Source: Candidatus Bathyarchaeia archaeon (GTDB lineage Archaea; Thermoproteota; Bathyarchaeia; Bathyarchaeales; Bathycorpusculaceae). Taken from it: DNA of 64,000 bases. The position numbers were made by a program, and so were the translations under genes. The notes beneath the pieces are model-generated. The model did not search any database. It was not told where the DNA came from and saw nothing but the letters and a program-made list of their open reading frames with translations. The first letter of the stretch is position 1; every line of letters starts with the position of its first letter. Positions 10,629 through 20,010 of this stretch are shown here, in pieces. Location of the stretch: assembly GCA_049515895.1 (NCBI GenBank), contig JBEKTQ010000005.1:32001-96000 (forward strand). Direction: 5' to 3'.

Positions 10629-12401
10629 TTATCTGAAACCTCCTGCTAGAGGTGCTATTAAGAGATTAGCTATGGGCAGCAGTATCAGGGCGACTGCGAT
10701 AAGGATTGCAGCGTGTTTGAAACCTGCAGATGTCTCGCCTGAACTTATTTTGCCTGTAACTAAACCTACGAAGAAAACTTGAAACATTAATGGCGGCAAA
10801 ATCAAAGTAGCCACCATCGAGAAAGGAATGGATTGGTTGCTGTAGGAACCCATAACAGTTCCGCTAAAGCCCAGAAAAATTATGGTTGAAAATAAAAGAA
10901 TGCCCGCACCAATGTAAGGCATGATAGCTAAGGGACGAAGACTTTGATTTTTTTCTTTTTCGAGTGAAGACAGTGTCTCGCTGAAGTGGGTCAAGGTTTC
11001 AAGGGTTTCGGGCGTTCCGCCTCCAACTGCAATAGCGTCTACCAAAAGGTAAACGTTAATGAGAGCAATCCAAGATTTTATTTTTTCCTTAAAAGTTGCA
11101 TAGATCACTCCAAACGGCAACCCCCAACGGATCTGTATTGTGGCTGTTTCTAGAATCGGAGTGAACTTTCCGTAGTTTCGACCCGATAGGTTTTCTATGC
11201 AGTTCTCGGGTGAAGCCCCTGTTTTGCGGGCTTCGGTGAGGTCTCTCATGAAGCTGGACACCTCATGCTCCACGCCTTTTCTTTTTTGTGCGTAATAACT
11301 ATTAGCTATAGCTGCAGGTATTGCTCCAACCAAGAGCGCTATTCCCATACCTAAAGCTGCATCATACCCGGCTGACAAACGGAGAACGTTACCGAGCCAT
11401 ACGATAAAGCCTGCGAAGGGTGCGGCAAATGAAAGAGTAAGCGAAGATGCAGCGAACGGAACAAACATGGTAATAATCAGAAAAAGAGTGAGAGGAAGTG
11501 TCGCTAAGAAGACCTTGTACGTTCTCCAATCATTTAGCGGGCGGCTTATCTGCTGAGAATCAGAGAGGTAAATGAAGAGCAGCGAGATTAAAGGCAAAAT
11601 TATGTACCCATAGAGTAGGAATGTGCTTGCGGATAAGTTGCCATGCCAGAATTGTTGGAGGGAGAGTGTAGTCATGAACATTATGGTGAGAGTTAACGTC
11701 ATAAGTATGGTTATGGTTATGTAGGTTTCCATTAGCGTACTGGCTCTTTCACCGAACGTCTTGACTTTTGCAGCCAGGTCTTTGAACATAGCTTCGGTGC
11801 GAACTACAAGATAGTGAATGACATCTCCCCCTGTTCTGAGCGTGGAAGTATAGCCGAGCATAAGATCTTTATAGTCTTTAGAAGGAAGATTTTGCGCTGA
11901 TTTTTCAATTGCAGAAACAGGATCCGAACCCTTCACTTGAACATCGATTTCTATGTCGTTAACCGCTTTTGAAAAGTTAGGAAGTAAATCGCAGTCCTTG
12001 AGTCTTTTCAAGCTCTCATAAGGCGACAAACCACCTGTCGCCATCACGCTGATATACGCCCCAGCGAAAGGAACCTCTAAATCAAGTTTTTGAGCCCGAT
12101 CTTGAGCAAGAATTTTCGGAATAGCATATCCAAGAAGTATTACCAAAAGAGGAGCCGGCGCGATGAAAATAAGGCCGGTGAGAATTATTATGGATGCTGT
12201 AAGGATTACTGAAAGGATAAATATGAACCCAGCAACAGAAAAGTATGCTTGAGGAAATATTTTGAGTCCAGTGTCTTCCAAGATTTTTTCCAGTTTGACG
12301 CGGCTATTAGAATAAAATGCCCTTGCTAATAATCTGCCCATCCAGCCGAAATATTGGTAACTGAAGCTAGCGAACGAAAACTCGTTTTTTGCCGTTTTCA
12401 C
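10629..12401 (-). CDS. Type II secretion F-family / TadC-PilC-like pilus platform protein
   Basis: 590 aa, multiple TM segments, two cytoplasmic T2SSF-like halves (ATGGLSPYE..., KTGASPE...). Overlaps the ATPase stop. Confidence 0.9.
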   Translation of the reverse strand: MKTAKNEFSFASFSYQYFGWMGRLLARAFYSNSRVKLEKILEDTGLKIFPQAYFSVAGFIFILSVILTASIIILTGLIFIAPAPLLVILLGYAIPKILAQDRAQKLDLEVPFAGAYISVMATGGLSPYESLKRLKDCDLLPNFSKAVNDIEIDVQVKGSDPVSAIEKSAQNLPSKDYKDLMLGYTSTLRTGGDVIHYLVVRTEAMFKDLAAKVKTFGERASTLMETYITITILMTLTLTIMFMTTLSLQQFWHGNLSASTFLLYGYIILPLISLLFIYLSDSQQISRPLNDWRTYKVFLATLPLTLFLIITMFVPFAASSLTLSFAAPFAGFIVWLGNVLRLSAGYDAALGMGIALLVGAIPAAIANSYYAQKRKGVEHEVSSFMRDLTEARKTGASPENCIENLSGRNYGKFTPILETATIQIRWGLPFGVIYATFKEKIKSWIALINVYLLVDAIAVGGGTPETLETLTHFSETLSSLEKEKNQSLRPLAIMPYIGAGILLFSTIIFLGFSGTVMGSYSNQSIPFSMVATLILPPLMFQVFFVGLVTGKISSGETSAGFKHAAILIAVALILLPIANLLIAPLAGGFR

Positions 12402-14362
12402 GCCGCCACCTTAATTTCTTTTTCGACCACTTTGGGGAATTGGTTTTCCAAATAGTAATTTGTGATGTGTTTGGCTAACTCGACATTTTTTCTGATGCCC
12501 TTGACTTTAAGATCCTGAATAAAATTGGCGCGTGCTTCGAGCTCCGACAAGACTTCATCCATGGATATATTATGCCTTGAGGCAATTTTCTTGAGCTGAT
12601 CGCTTTTTCTTAGATTCACGGCGAAGCTGTCGTTTGTTGGGTTCCAAGAACTTATCGTTTTATACTTCTCGTAATCGATCACTTCCATAATGGATTTGAT
12701 CCTTCTTCCGAATGTCATGCCTCCAACTGCTGAGTTGGGAAGTTGAACTCTTTCCACCATTGCGGCTACGTTTATCAGCGGAATATAGGTTGGAGCAACG
12801 TTCATAGGGGGACTTGTTAGTCTTTTAACTGTGTAGTCTAGGCTTTCAGCATGAAGTGTTGTTAACCCTCCATGACCTGTAGCTAATGCCTGAAAGAGTA
12901 CGAAAGCTTCTTCGCCCCTTATTTCACCGACAACTATGTAGTCTGGTCTGTATCTTAGAGAGGTTCTTACTAAATCGAAAAGGGGTACTTCTCCCGTCTT
13001 CATGATTCCTAAACCATAGCTTGCTCGCGCCACCAGTTGAACCCAATTTTCATGTTGAAGGTTTAACTCTGGAATTTCTTCCACTGTAACTATCTTCATT
13101 GAAGGCTTAATGAGGCTTGCCAGAGCGTTTAGAGTGCTTGTTTTTCCCGCGCCTGTGCCGCCCATCACCGCTATTGTCATTCTATTCTCGATGAGAAGCC
13201 AGAAATATGCTGCAATCTCCTCGTTCAAGGTGCCCATTTCCACTAAATCAACTATGGAGAATGGCTCTTCTCGAAATCTTCTTATGCTGAAAGAGCCGCC
13301 TTTAGGTGATACTTCACGTTTGAAGGTTGCAGCAATCCTGTCTTTTCCGGGAAGCATCGCGTCCAAAAGTGGAAAAGCTGTTGAGATATGCTTGTTCGCC
13401 ATGTGAGTTAATTTTACAATAAGATTATCCAACATGGTTTCGTTGGTGAAAATCAGATTTGTGGGCATGCTTTCGTATTTTCTGTGCCACACATATACTG
13501 GCAATCCAACGCCATTAACTGACAGGTCTTCTATCATCGGGTCGTTCATTATGACGTCGATATCCCCGAAGCCGATCAGGTTTCTATGAAGGTAATACAT
13601 AATTTTGGGCCATGATTCATCGCTTATTCTTTTGGTTAAACCGTATTTCTTAGCTAATCTTCGGGCCTCTGCTTCAACGTGAGACTTGGGATCAACTCCG
13701 TTTTTAGGAGGTGCCAGTTCCTTGCTTATGATTTCAAGGAGAGTGCGTAATGGTTCTTTCTCATTTTCTAAGGGTTCAACTTCATCTATGTAGTAGGCTT
13801 TCCCACTGCCTAGTTCCTTCAATGAAGCGATAATGACTTTTGAGAAGGGAGAGACTATATCGTATGTTTCTGTGGTTTGAGCATCAGATGGTAGTTTACC
13901 GAAAAAAGCGGTTGGCGTCTGAGGAAGTTGTGTCTTAGCGAACAAACCCGAAAACAGCTTCTTATGTACGGTTTTTCCAGGCTCTGGTTTTTCAACCTGA
14001 ACCTCAGCGTCAGTTGCAGGATTCACTGGAAGTTCAACGCTAACCGTCGGCTGTTCAGACGCTTTTGGCTCATCCAAACTTTCGGTCACAGATTTATCTT
14101 TTTCAGTTGTTTCAGGCTCGCCACTTTCGGCGTGTACCGCTTCATTAGATCCAAAAGACTGCGGGGAAAGGCCCTGAACTTCCTGGGAAGATTCAGTAGC
14201 TGAACTTGTAGTAGCAGTCTGGTGTTGTTCGGAACCTTCAGATTGGTAGCTCGCGATATCAGTTGCTTCGTCTTTCAACTCCGATTTTGGCCAGCGACCA
14301 AATCTAAATAGACGTTCCTTTAATCGAACAATTCCACTAATCTTTCCTTTCTCCTCATTCAT
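12398..14362 (-). CDS. Type II/IV secretion system assembly ATPase (VirB11/TadA/FlaI family)
   Basis: GGTGAGKT, TVEEIPEL, LRYRPDYIVVGEIRGEE, ATGHGGLTTLHA. Acidic low-complexity N-terminal extension. Confidence 0.95.
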   Translation of the reverse strand: MNEEKGKISGIVRLKERLFRFGRWPKSELKDEATDIASYQSEGSEQHQTATTSSATESSQEVQGLSPQSFGSNEAVHAESGEPETTEKDKSVTESLDEPKASEQPTVSVELPVNPATDAEVQVEKPEPGKTVHKKLFSGLFAKTQLPQTPTAFFGKLPSDAQTTETYDIVSPFSKVIIASLKELGSGKAYYIDEVEPLENEKEPLRTLLEIISKELAPPKNGVDPKSHVEAEARRLAKKYGLTKRISDESWPKIMYYLHRNLIGFGDIDVIMNDPMIEDLSVNGVGLPVYVWHRKYESMPTNLIFTNETMLDNLIVKLTHMANKHISTAFPLLDAMLPGKDRIAATFKREVSPKGGSFSIRRFREEPFSIVDLVEMGTLNEEIAAYFWLLIENRMTIAVMGGTGAGKTSTLNALASLIKPSMKIVTVEEIPELNLQHENWVQLVARASYGLGIMKTGEVPLFDLVRTSLRYRPDYIVVGEIRGEEAFVLFQALATGHGGLTTLHAESLDYTVKRLTSPPMNVAPTYIPLINVAAMVERVQLPNSAVGGMTFGRRIKSIMEVIDYEKYKTISSWNPTNDSFAVNLRKSDQLKKIASRHNISMDEVLSELEARANFIQDLKVKGIRKNVELAKHITNYYLENQFPKVVEKEIKVAA

Positions 14363-14435
14363 TCCATTTTTCTCCTTTGAATCCTAAATAATTTAAAACA
14401 AAAAACTCGAGGGAGTCATCAACGCAATGACACGG

Positions 14436-14885
14436 TTAAGGTAGCACCACCACCTCAGGATATTGATTTCCAGCGGCAGTTTGAACCATAAGGTTAACAT
14501 TCATTCCAGACACAAAGTTAGGAGCAGTTATGGCAATATTGCCACTGAGGGTTCCACCTGGCACAATTGGAGTTGCAGCAGTGATGCTCGAGACCGCGGT
14601 ATTGTATGATGACAAAGGTTGGCCATTAAGGAACATTGTGGCAGGATCAACTGTTGCAGTCGCAGTTCCTGTGTTTTTGAGCGCAAAGTTAATTTGGTAG
14701 TTTGTAGGTGCGCCCGTAACGTATGCACTTGTGAAGGTAAGTTTTTCGAATCGTGTGAATGACGTGCCAATTCCCATTGCCCAGTAGGCAACGGCGATAG
14801 CCATGACTATGGCAATAGCGACTATAATGATTGTAGCAATAACCGTGCTTATGCCCTTCCTACTCTTTCGGTAGTTTCTCTTCAC
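14436..14885 (-). CDS. Archaeal type IV pilin (probable major pilin)
   Basis: RKG|ISTVIATIIIVAIAIVMAIAVAYW class III signal. GGAGGTG RBS upstream. First gene of the locus. Confidence 0.88.
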   Translation of the reverse strand: MKRNYRKSRKGISTVIATIIIVAIAIVMAIAVAYWAMGIGTSFTRFEKLTFTSAYVTGAPTNYQINFALKNTGTATATVDPATMFLNGQPLSSYNTAVSSITAATPIVPGGTLSGNIAITAPNFVSGMNVNLMVQTAAGNQYPEVVVLP

Positions 14886-15194
14886 TCATTTCACCTCCAC
14901 TCAGCCAAAAGTTTTGAGCCCAATAGTCCGCACAGGTAATCTCACACTTTCTACAATAAAAGAACCCATGAAAAGAGATTATAGAACAATGTTATAGAAG
15001 AATAGTTCATTGCCAGTTTCTTTGTAGCGTTTGATGGGAAAGCTGCAAATAGCAAGTTAACAAATAATGAGAATCAAAAATCAAACCAATTTGTAGGAAA
15101 ACACAGCCATTGGGATAATGCTGATCCTGAATTTTGTTTTTGCATTCATAACTTAATTATTCTTTGAACCAACGCATTAGATCGAGGGAAAGCC

Positions 15195-15371
15195 ATGGTC
15201 GAAAAGAAAACCATAAAACGTTTGATAAAAATCTCATGCGCAGTCCAAGGCGTCAACGCTCTGATAGACGGTTTCTTATGGTTCACCTCAGGCTTTCACG
15301 TTCCTTCCCTAGCCATCTCCATCCTCATCTTGGGCTACTCAGTCATACTTCTAGCATATGATAAACTTTAA
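15195..15371 (+). CDS. Small membrane protein (58 aa)
   Basis: Manual translation MVEKKTIKRLIKISCAVQGVNALIDGFLWFTSGFHVPSLAISILILGYSVILLAYDKL*. GAGGG upstream. Not in the ORF track. Confidence 0.5.
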   Translation: MVEKKTIKRLIKISCAVQGVNALIDGFLWFTSGFHVPSLAISILILGYSVILLAYDKL

Positions 15372-15545
15372 CTAACTCTCGTCGACCCTATTTTAGGCAC
15401 ATAATCTTGGCTTGAAGCATTTCTCCTTAAGGCAGTCAGCATAACTCGTAATAGTTCACTTCAAAAGTCTACAAACACTTCAATTCACTCGGCGGCGCCC
15501 GAATAGCAGGAAGAAACGGGTATTTAGGCGCAAAGCTTTTAAGCA

Positions 15546-15599
15546 AATCTGTATAACAGATATACACTTGAGGGAATCTGTATAACAGATATACACTTG
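15546..15599. promoter_or_regulatory. Tandem duplicated palindromic operator candidate
   Basis: Two exact copies of AATCTGTATAACAGATATACACTTG (15546-15570, 15575-15599), each containing ATCTGT-ata-ACAGAT. Confidence 0.6.
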
Positions 15600-15718
15600 G
15601 GGATAAGGAGAAGGGCTAAAGCTAAAAGTCTGAAACCTGTCAGAATAAATGCCGCCGAAAAGCCATTGTCTGCGCCAATTTCAGAGAATATAAATTTTGA
15701 AGTCGTCAATGGGCAAGC

Positions 15719-16111
15719 ATGCGGGAAGCCATTATGACCGTAATAGAACTAAATAGACCTAAGCCAGAAAGACGGGACAAACTGGTCATAATGACTGAAA
15801 TCATAGGCATTGCTATTGAGGGCGCCTCGAAAACTCAAATAATGTACAAAGCCAACCTCAGTTTTAGCCAACTTAAACGATACCTAACGCTTCTTTCACA
15901 CCATAGTCTTTTGAAAAAATCTGCACACGCTGGAAGAGAAATTTATAAAGCTACACCAAAAGGGGTTGAGTTCATTGAAATACAACGACAATTAATAGGC
16001 CTAATAAGTGAAAAGCGACCCAGAAACGGCGTTAAGCCTGGCCCATTCGACCGTAAAGTAAGCGAGTGGTTTGTGTTTTCAAATCGGCATAAATGTTATT
16101 TAACGACCTGA
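15719..16111 (+). CDS. Winged helix-turn-helix transcriptional regulator (archaeal HTH_45-like)
   Basis: RRDKLVIMTEII...GASKTQIMYKANLSFSQLKRYL..L...Y..TPKG pattern. Confidence 0.85.
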   Translation: MREAIMTVIELNRPKPERRDKLVIMTEIIGIAIEGASKTQIMYKANLSFSQLKRYLTLLSHHSLLKKSAHAGREIYKATPKGVEFIEIQRQLIGLISEKRPRNGVKPGPFDRKVSEWFVFSNRHKCYLTT

Positions 16112-16137
16112 TGAAGCGGAAAAGGTTTAGGCGTAAA

Positions 16138-16356
16138 ATGGTCGGCCTGTCAAAGAAACAAAAGAAAATGATGGAGCTCCTGCAAATTAAGCCGGACATG
16201 ACGACGAAGGAAATCGCAGAATTGATTCTCGGTAGAATTGTGCAATACAAATCAAAAGAATATGCTTCAGTCCACCGCAGTTTGATTTCCCTAGAACGCA
16301 AAGGATGCATCCAGAGGGTTCACGTCGCGCTTAGATGGCGTTTAGCAAACAAATAG
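16138..16356 (+). CDS. Small winged-helix protein
   Basis: LSKKQKKMMELL..MTTKEIAE...SVHRSLISLERKGCIQR. Confidence 0.7.
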   Translation: MVGLSKKQKKMMELLQIKPDMTTKEIAELILGRIVQYKSKEYASVHRSLISLERKGCIQRVHVALRWRLANK

Positions 16357-16743
16357 AAAAATGAGGAAACTCCTCTTAAGGAACAATCTAACTCCCTTTA
16401 GCAGGCGCTAAAACTCGAAAGAGTAAGAATTGGGCTTCTTCTTGTTTCTGCTCTCGAATTCAAAACCCTACTGCCTAATATTTCATTCAAGGTAATACCT
16501 TCTTTGAAAAGCGATAAAGAAACTTGTGCTCAAGCAGAACCCCAAAAAATCCAAATAAACCCACATAATGCGAGCATAGCGAGAAGCGGCCTCTGCACGC
16601 ATGTAATCATACCCAAGGCAAATACTCCGCGGCCATAGCTGGTAAGGGATTATCAAAATACGCGTTCGTAAAGGAGTTAACGCGAACAAACTCCTTAATA
16701 ACTTAGTCCAATAACCTTACTGTTCAATGTAAAGTTGGCAAAT

Positions 16744-16941
16744 ATGTCAGAAGAACCAGCAAAGAAACATACAGGGAAATGCTTCGACTGCGAAGGACAA
16801 CTTGAGTTAATCGAACTTGACGTTGAGAAGGGAACAAGAATCATGATATGCCAAAAATGTGGTTTGTATCATTTTCTCAAGAAGGATTTTTTTAGTGGAT
16901 GGAAGCTTTCGAAAGTGAGCAAAAAACCAACCATAGAATAA
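16744..16941 (+). CDS. Small zinc-ribbon protein
   Basis: CFDC...CQKC motifs, about 65 aa. Confidence 0.7.
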   Translation: MSEEPAKKHTGKCFDCEGQLELIELDVEKGTRIMICQKCGLYHFLKKDFFSGWKLSKVSKKPTIE

Positions 16942-17066
16942 TAAATAGTTTGCACGGAAGGAAAACAGGTTTGTTCTCAGTATGTTTCAAACATGTTTTT
17001 CAAATGTGAATTATAGGTTCATAATCTTTTAGTTATTCTTAACATGTAATACGTTTCTGATTTCAA

Positions 17067-17189
17067 ATGAAGAGCGAAAAGAAGACTGAAACCAAAATGT
17101 CTGATGAAGAAGACATAGTTTCATGGGTTGTCGAGGAAGTATTGGTAAAGCACTCGACTAAAGCCAAAACAGCAAAAAAAGAAAAATAA
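17067..17189 (+). CDS. Small hypothetical protein (40 aa)
   Basis: Manual translation MKSEKKTETKMSDEEDIVSWVVEEVLVKHSTKAKTAKKEK*. Confidence 0.35.
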   Translation: MKSEKKTETKMSDEEDIVSWVVEEVLVKHSTKAKTAKKEK

Positions 17190-17302
17190 AATCTATTCAG
17201 GTTTTGGCGCGAGTGCTGTGGAATCAAACGAAAAGTAATCAAAACTGAAAAACTGAATTCCGCTTTTTAGGTGTGCAAACATCAGCTTCTCCTTACTGTC
17301 GC

Positions 17303-17773
17303 TTATTGGAGTTTTTTGCCTAGTTCCTGTGCCCAGGTTTCAACTCTAGCTAAATCTAAATTGTCAAAGACCATTTTTCCAAATATCTTTTGCCGCCCAC
17401 CAAACGCTTCCACAGCTACAGGTTTCACATTAGGATAATTGCTCAATACGTTTTCAACATATTTGATTTTGGCTTCTTGGTATTTCGCTGGGTCGCCGGC
17501 ATCGCCGGAACTGACAAAGAAAGCAACCGTTTTGCCAGCAAAGTCGTTTTCTAGACATTTCAACGCTTTACTGTAAACTTTACCGGCTCTCACGCCGCCG
17601 CCAATAATAATGTTCTTGTACTGAGAGCAATCCTTAATGTCTTGTTTTTTCAGGTCCACCAAGTCAACTTCCAACCCATACTTGGAGCGCAAGACTTCGG
17701 CTATTTTTCGCGCTGATTCCTCAGTCGCGCCGCCCTTGGTTTCATAAGCAATGAGTGTTTTGTTTTGTGCCAT
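17303..17773 (-). CDS. Flavodoxin-domain protein (HemG-like)
   Basis: IAYETKGGATEESARKIAE, IIIGGGVRAGK, VAFFVS, AFGG. GGAGGTG RBS before the ATG at 17773. Confidence 0.85.
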   Translation of the reverse strand: MAQNKTLIAYETKGGATEESARKIAEVLRSKYGLEVDLVDLKKQDIKDCSQYKNIIIGGGVRAGKVYSKALKCLENDFAGKTVAFFVSSGDAGDPAKYQEAKIKYVENVLSNYPNVKPVAVEAFGGRQKIFGKMVFDNLDLARVETWAQELGKKLQ

Positions 17774-18348
17774 TTTTTGTTTCACCTCCGAAAGTGCTTC
17801 AACTGACTTGTTTGCAAGCCTTTATCGGAGCTGGCTAAGATATATCGCAGGCTCATTCCTGTCATTCCTTGACGTATGTTCAAGTACTTCACCTTTTCCT
17901 TAAATCATACACAAAGACCCAACGTTCATCAAGTGGGTCAAAGATCCGTTCAATTGGGTTGGGAGTTGATTGCGTTTTAGTATACGTTTTTTTTAAGGAT
18001 TCCTTTCCATCAAAATTGGTTTCTTTCATTTCAGAGCACCTTATCGAATCGCCCACAAGGATCGGAAGCGTCGAAAGCAGGGCGTAGTAGACTCCAGTTC
18101 CTCGTCTGGCCCTAAACCTGAAGGTCGCTAAGGCAATATCTTTTGGATTCTGCAGCCGTTCCTCTCCTAAATCAGGCACGCTCATGATCCTCTAAGCTCT
18201 CAACAGCAAATTTGACGCGAAAGCCATAGCTTTCATTATGAAACACACTCTTAACCACTACTGACGTCTGTTCAGAAATTGAACAACTGTCCCTCTTTAT
18301 ATCCAACTTCAATCCCCTAATTAAAAAAGCGTTGAGAGGAGGACTGAC

Positions 18349-19269
18349 ATGATCGAGACTGAGAACCTTACGAGGAAGTTCGGCGACCTCACTGCCGTTG
18401 ACAACTTGACCCTTCGCGTAGACAAGGGCGAAGTCTTCGGGTTTCTCGGACCCAACGGGGCGGGAAAGACCACCACAGTGCGAATGCTCTGCTGCCTGAT
18501 ATCCAAAACTAGCGGCATGGCCAAAATTGGTGATTACGAGATCGGCAGCCAAGAAAATGCCCTGAAGATAAGGAAGATGATCGGGCTTGTCCCAGATAAC
18601 GTGGGCCTCTACGAGTCCCTCACCGCTTATGAGAACCTGGACTACTATGGCACCCTGTACAGGCGCACTGACGCCCAGCGCAAAGAGAGCAACGAGTACT
18701 TCCTCAAGCTGCTTGGACTCTGGGAGAAGAAAGATTCTCTGGCAGGGTCATTCTCAAAGGGAATGAAGCAGAAACTTGCAATAGCACGCGCACTTGTGCA
18801 TGACCCTGAGATTCTTTTCATGGACGAGCCGACGGCGAACTTGGATCCAGAGTCGGCGAAGACGGTTCGGGAATTCATTCTTGAATTAAAGAACCAGAAA
18901 AAAACGATTTTTCTAAATACACACAATCTAGATGAGGCACAAAGAATCTGCGACAGAATCGGCATCCTGAACACCAGGCTTATGGCAGTAGGCACCCCCG
19001 AAGAACTTGAACGTTCGATCCACGGCAGGAAGACTGTGATCCGGCTGAGACAGGTAAACGAACCAATATTGAATTCGCTGAAGAGACTTCAGGTCAAGAA
19101 CATGGTAAGGGAAGGCAACAAGCTCACGGTTGATGTCGTGAATCCCGAGGAGGAGAACCCTGACATAGTAAGCGCGATTGTCGCTGCAGGAGGAGGCGTC
19201 GAGACGGTTACGGTAACAAGTAGCTCGCTGGAAGACGCTTATCTGAAGCTAGTGAGGGAGAGTGCATAA
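18349..19269 (+). CDS. ABC transporter ATP-binding protein (exporter type)
   Basis: GPNGAGKT, FSKGMKQK, MDEPT and H-loop NTH. Confidence 0.95.
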   Translation: MIETENLTRKFGDLTAVDNLTLRVDKGEVFGFLGPNGAGKTTTVRMLCCLISKTSGMAKIGDYEIGSQENALKIRKMIGLVPDNVGLYESLTAYENLDYYGTLYRRTDAQRKESNEYFLKLLGLWEKKDSLAGSFSKGMKQKLAIARALVHDPEILFMDEPTANLDPESAKTVREFILELKNQKKTIFLNTHNLDEAQRICDRIGILNTRLMAVGTPEELERSIHGRKTVIRLRQVNEPILNSLKRLQVKNMVREGNKLTVDVVNPEEENPDIVSAIVAAGGGVETVTVTSSSLEDAYLKLVRESA

Positions 19270-20000
19270 TGACCACCTGGATGCCGTGGAAGATAGCGCG
19301 CAAAGAGTTGAAGGTGATCAGCAGAAAGAGAAGTATCATCTTCTATACTGTTGGGCTTCCACTTCTCATCGCCGCTGTTTTCTCAATCGTCGTCAAGAAT
19401 CAAATAGCCCATGGAATCTCTGCGACAATTTCACTTGGTTCAGAATCAATCATTTACCTCTTTGTTATTTTAGCAACTGTTCTTCCCAGTACGATTGCAG
19501 CTTATAGCATAGTGGGTGAAAAGATTGAGAAGACATTGGAACCGTTGCTTGCGACGCCGACGACTGATGGCGAGATTCTCCTCGGGAAAAGCATTGCAGC
19601 GTTCATACCCCCTATTTTATCCACGTGGATAGGAGCATCAATCTTCATGGCAGCAACGGACTATATCTTGTATAACGGGGGGTTAGGCTACTATTATTTT
19701 CCCAACTGGAACGCTGGCGTTATGCTTTTTCTCCTCGCTCCTCTTGCAGCAATTCTTAGTATTGAAGTAGCAGTGATTGCATCGTCGCGTGTAAGCGACG
19801 TTCGGGGTGCAAACCAGATCGCGGGTCTCATGTTTATCCCGTTTGTTGCTGTCTTCTTTGCAGGAGTGGAAGGAATTTTTACGTTCAGTATCGGTAACCT
19901 TCTGATATTCTCTGGCATTGTAACAATCGCCGATGTAGTTCTATTCTTCTTGAGCAAATCCACCTTCAAACGAGAAGAAATACTTACCAAGTGGAAATGA
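19269..20000 (+). CDS. ABC-2 type permease
   Basis: Six TM segments. SIVGEKIEKTLEPLLATP...EILLGK motif. Confidence 0.9.
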   Translation: MTTWMPWKIARKELKVISRKRSIIFYTVGLPLLIAAVFSIVVKNQIAHGISATISLGSESIIYLFVILATVLPSTIAAYSIVGEKIEKTLEPLLATPTTDGEILLGKSIAAFIPPILSTWIGASIFMAATDYILYNGGLGYYYFPNWNAGVMLFLLAPLAAILSIEVAVIASSRVSDVRGANQIAGLMFIPFVAVFFAGVEGIFTFSIGNLLIFSGIVTIADVVLFFLSKSTFKREEILTKWK

Positions 20001-20010
20001 GGGTCACCGA

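Noticed and set aside
10091-14885. Archaellum operon
   Set aside because: No ArlH, ArlF/G or chemotaxis genes; the subunits look like pilins.
15546-15599. Possible CRISPR array
   Set aside because: Only two repeats separated by 4 nt, with no spacers and no cas genes.
17889-18185. 98-aa minus-strand ORF
   Set aside because: May be a truncated membrane-protein gene, but the evidence is too weak to call.
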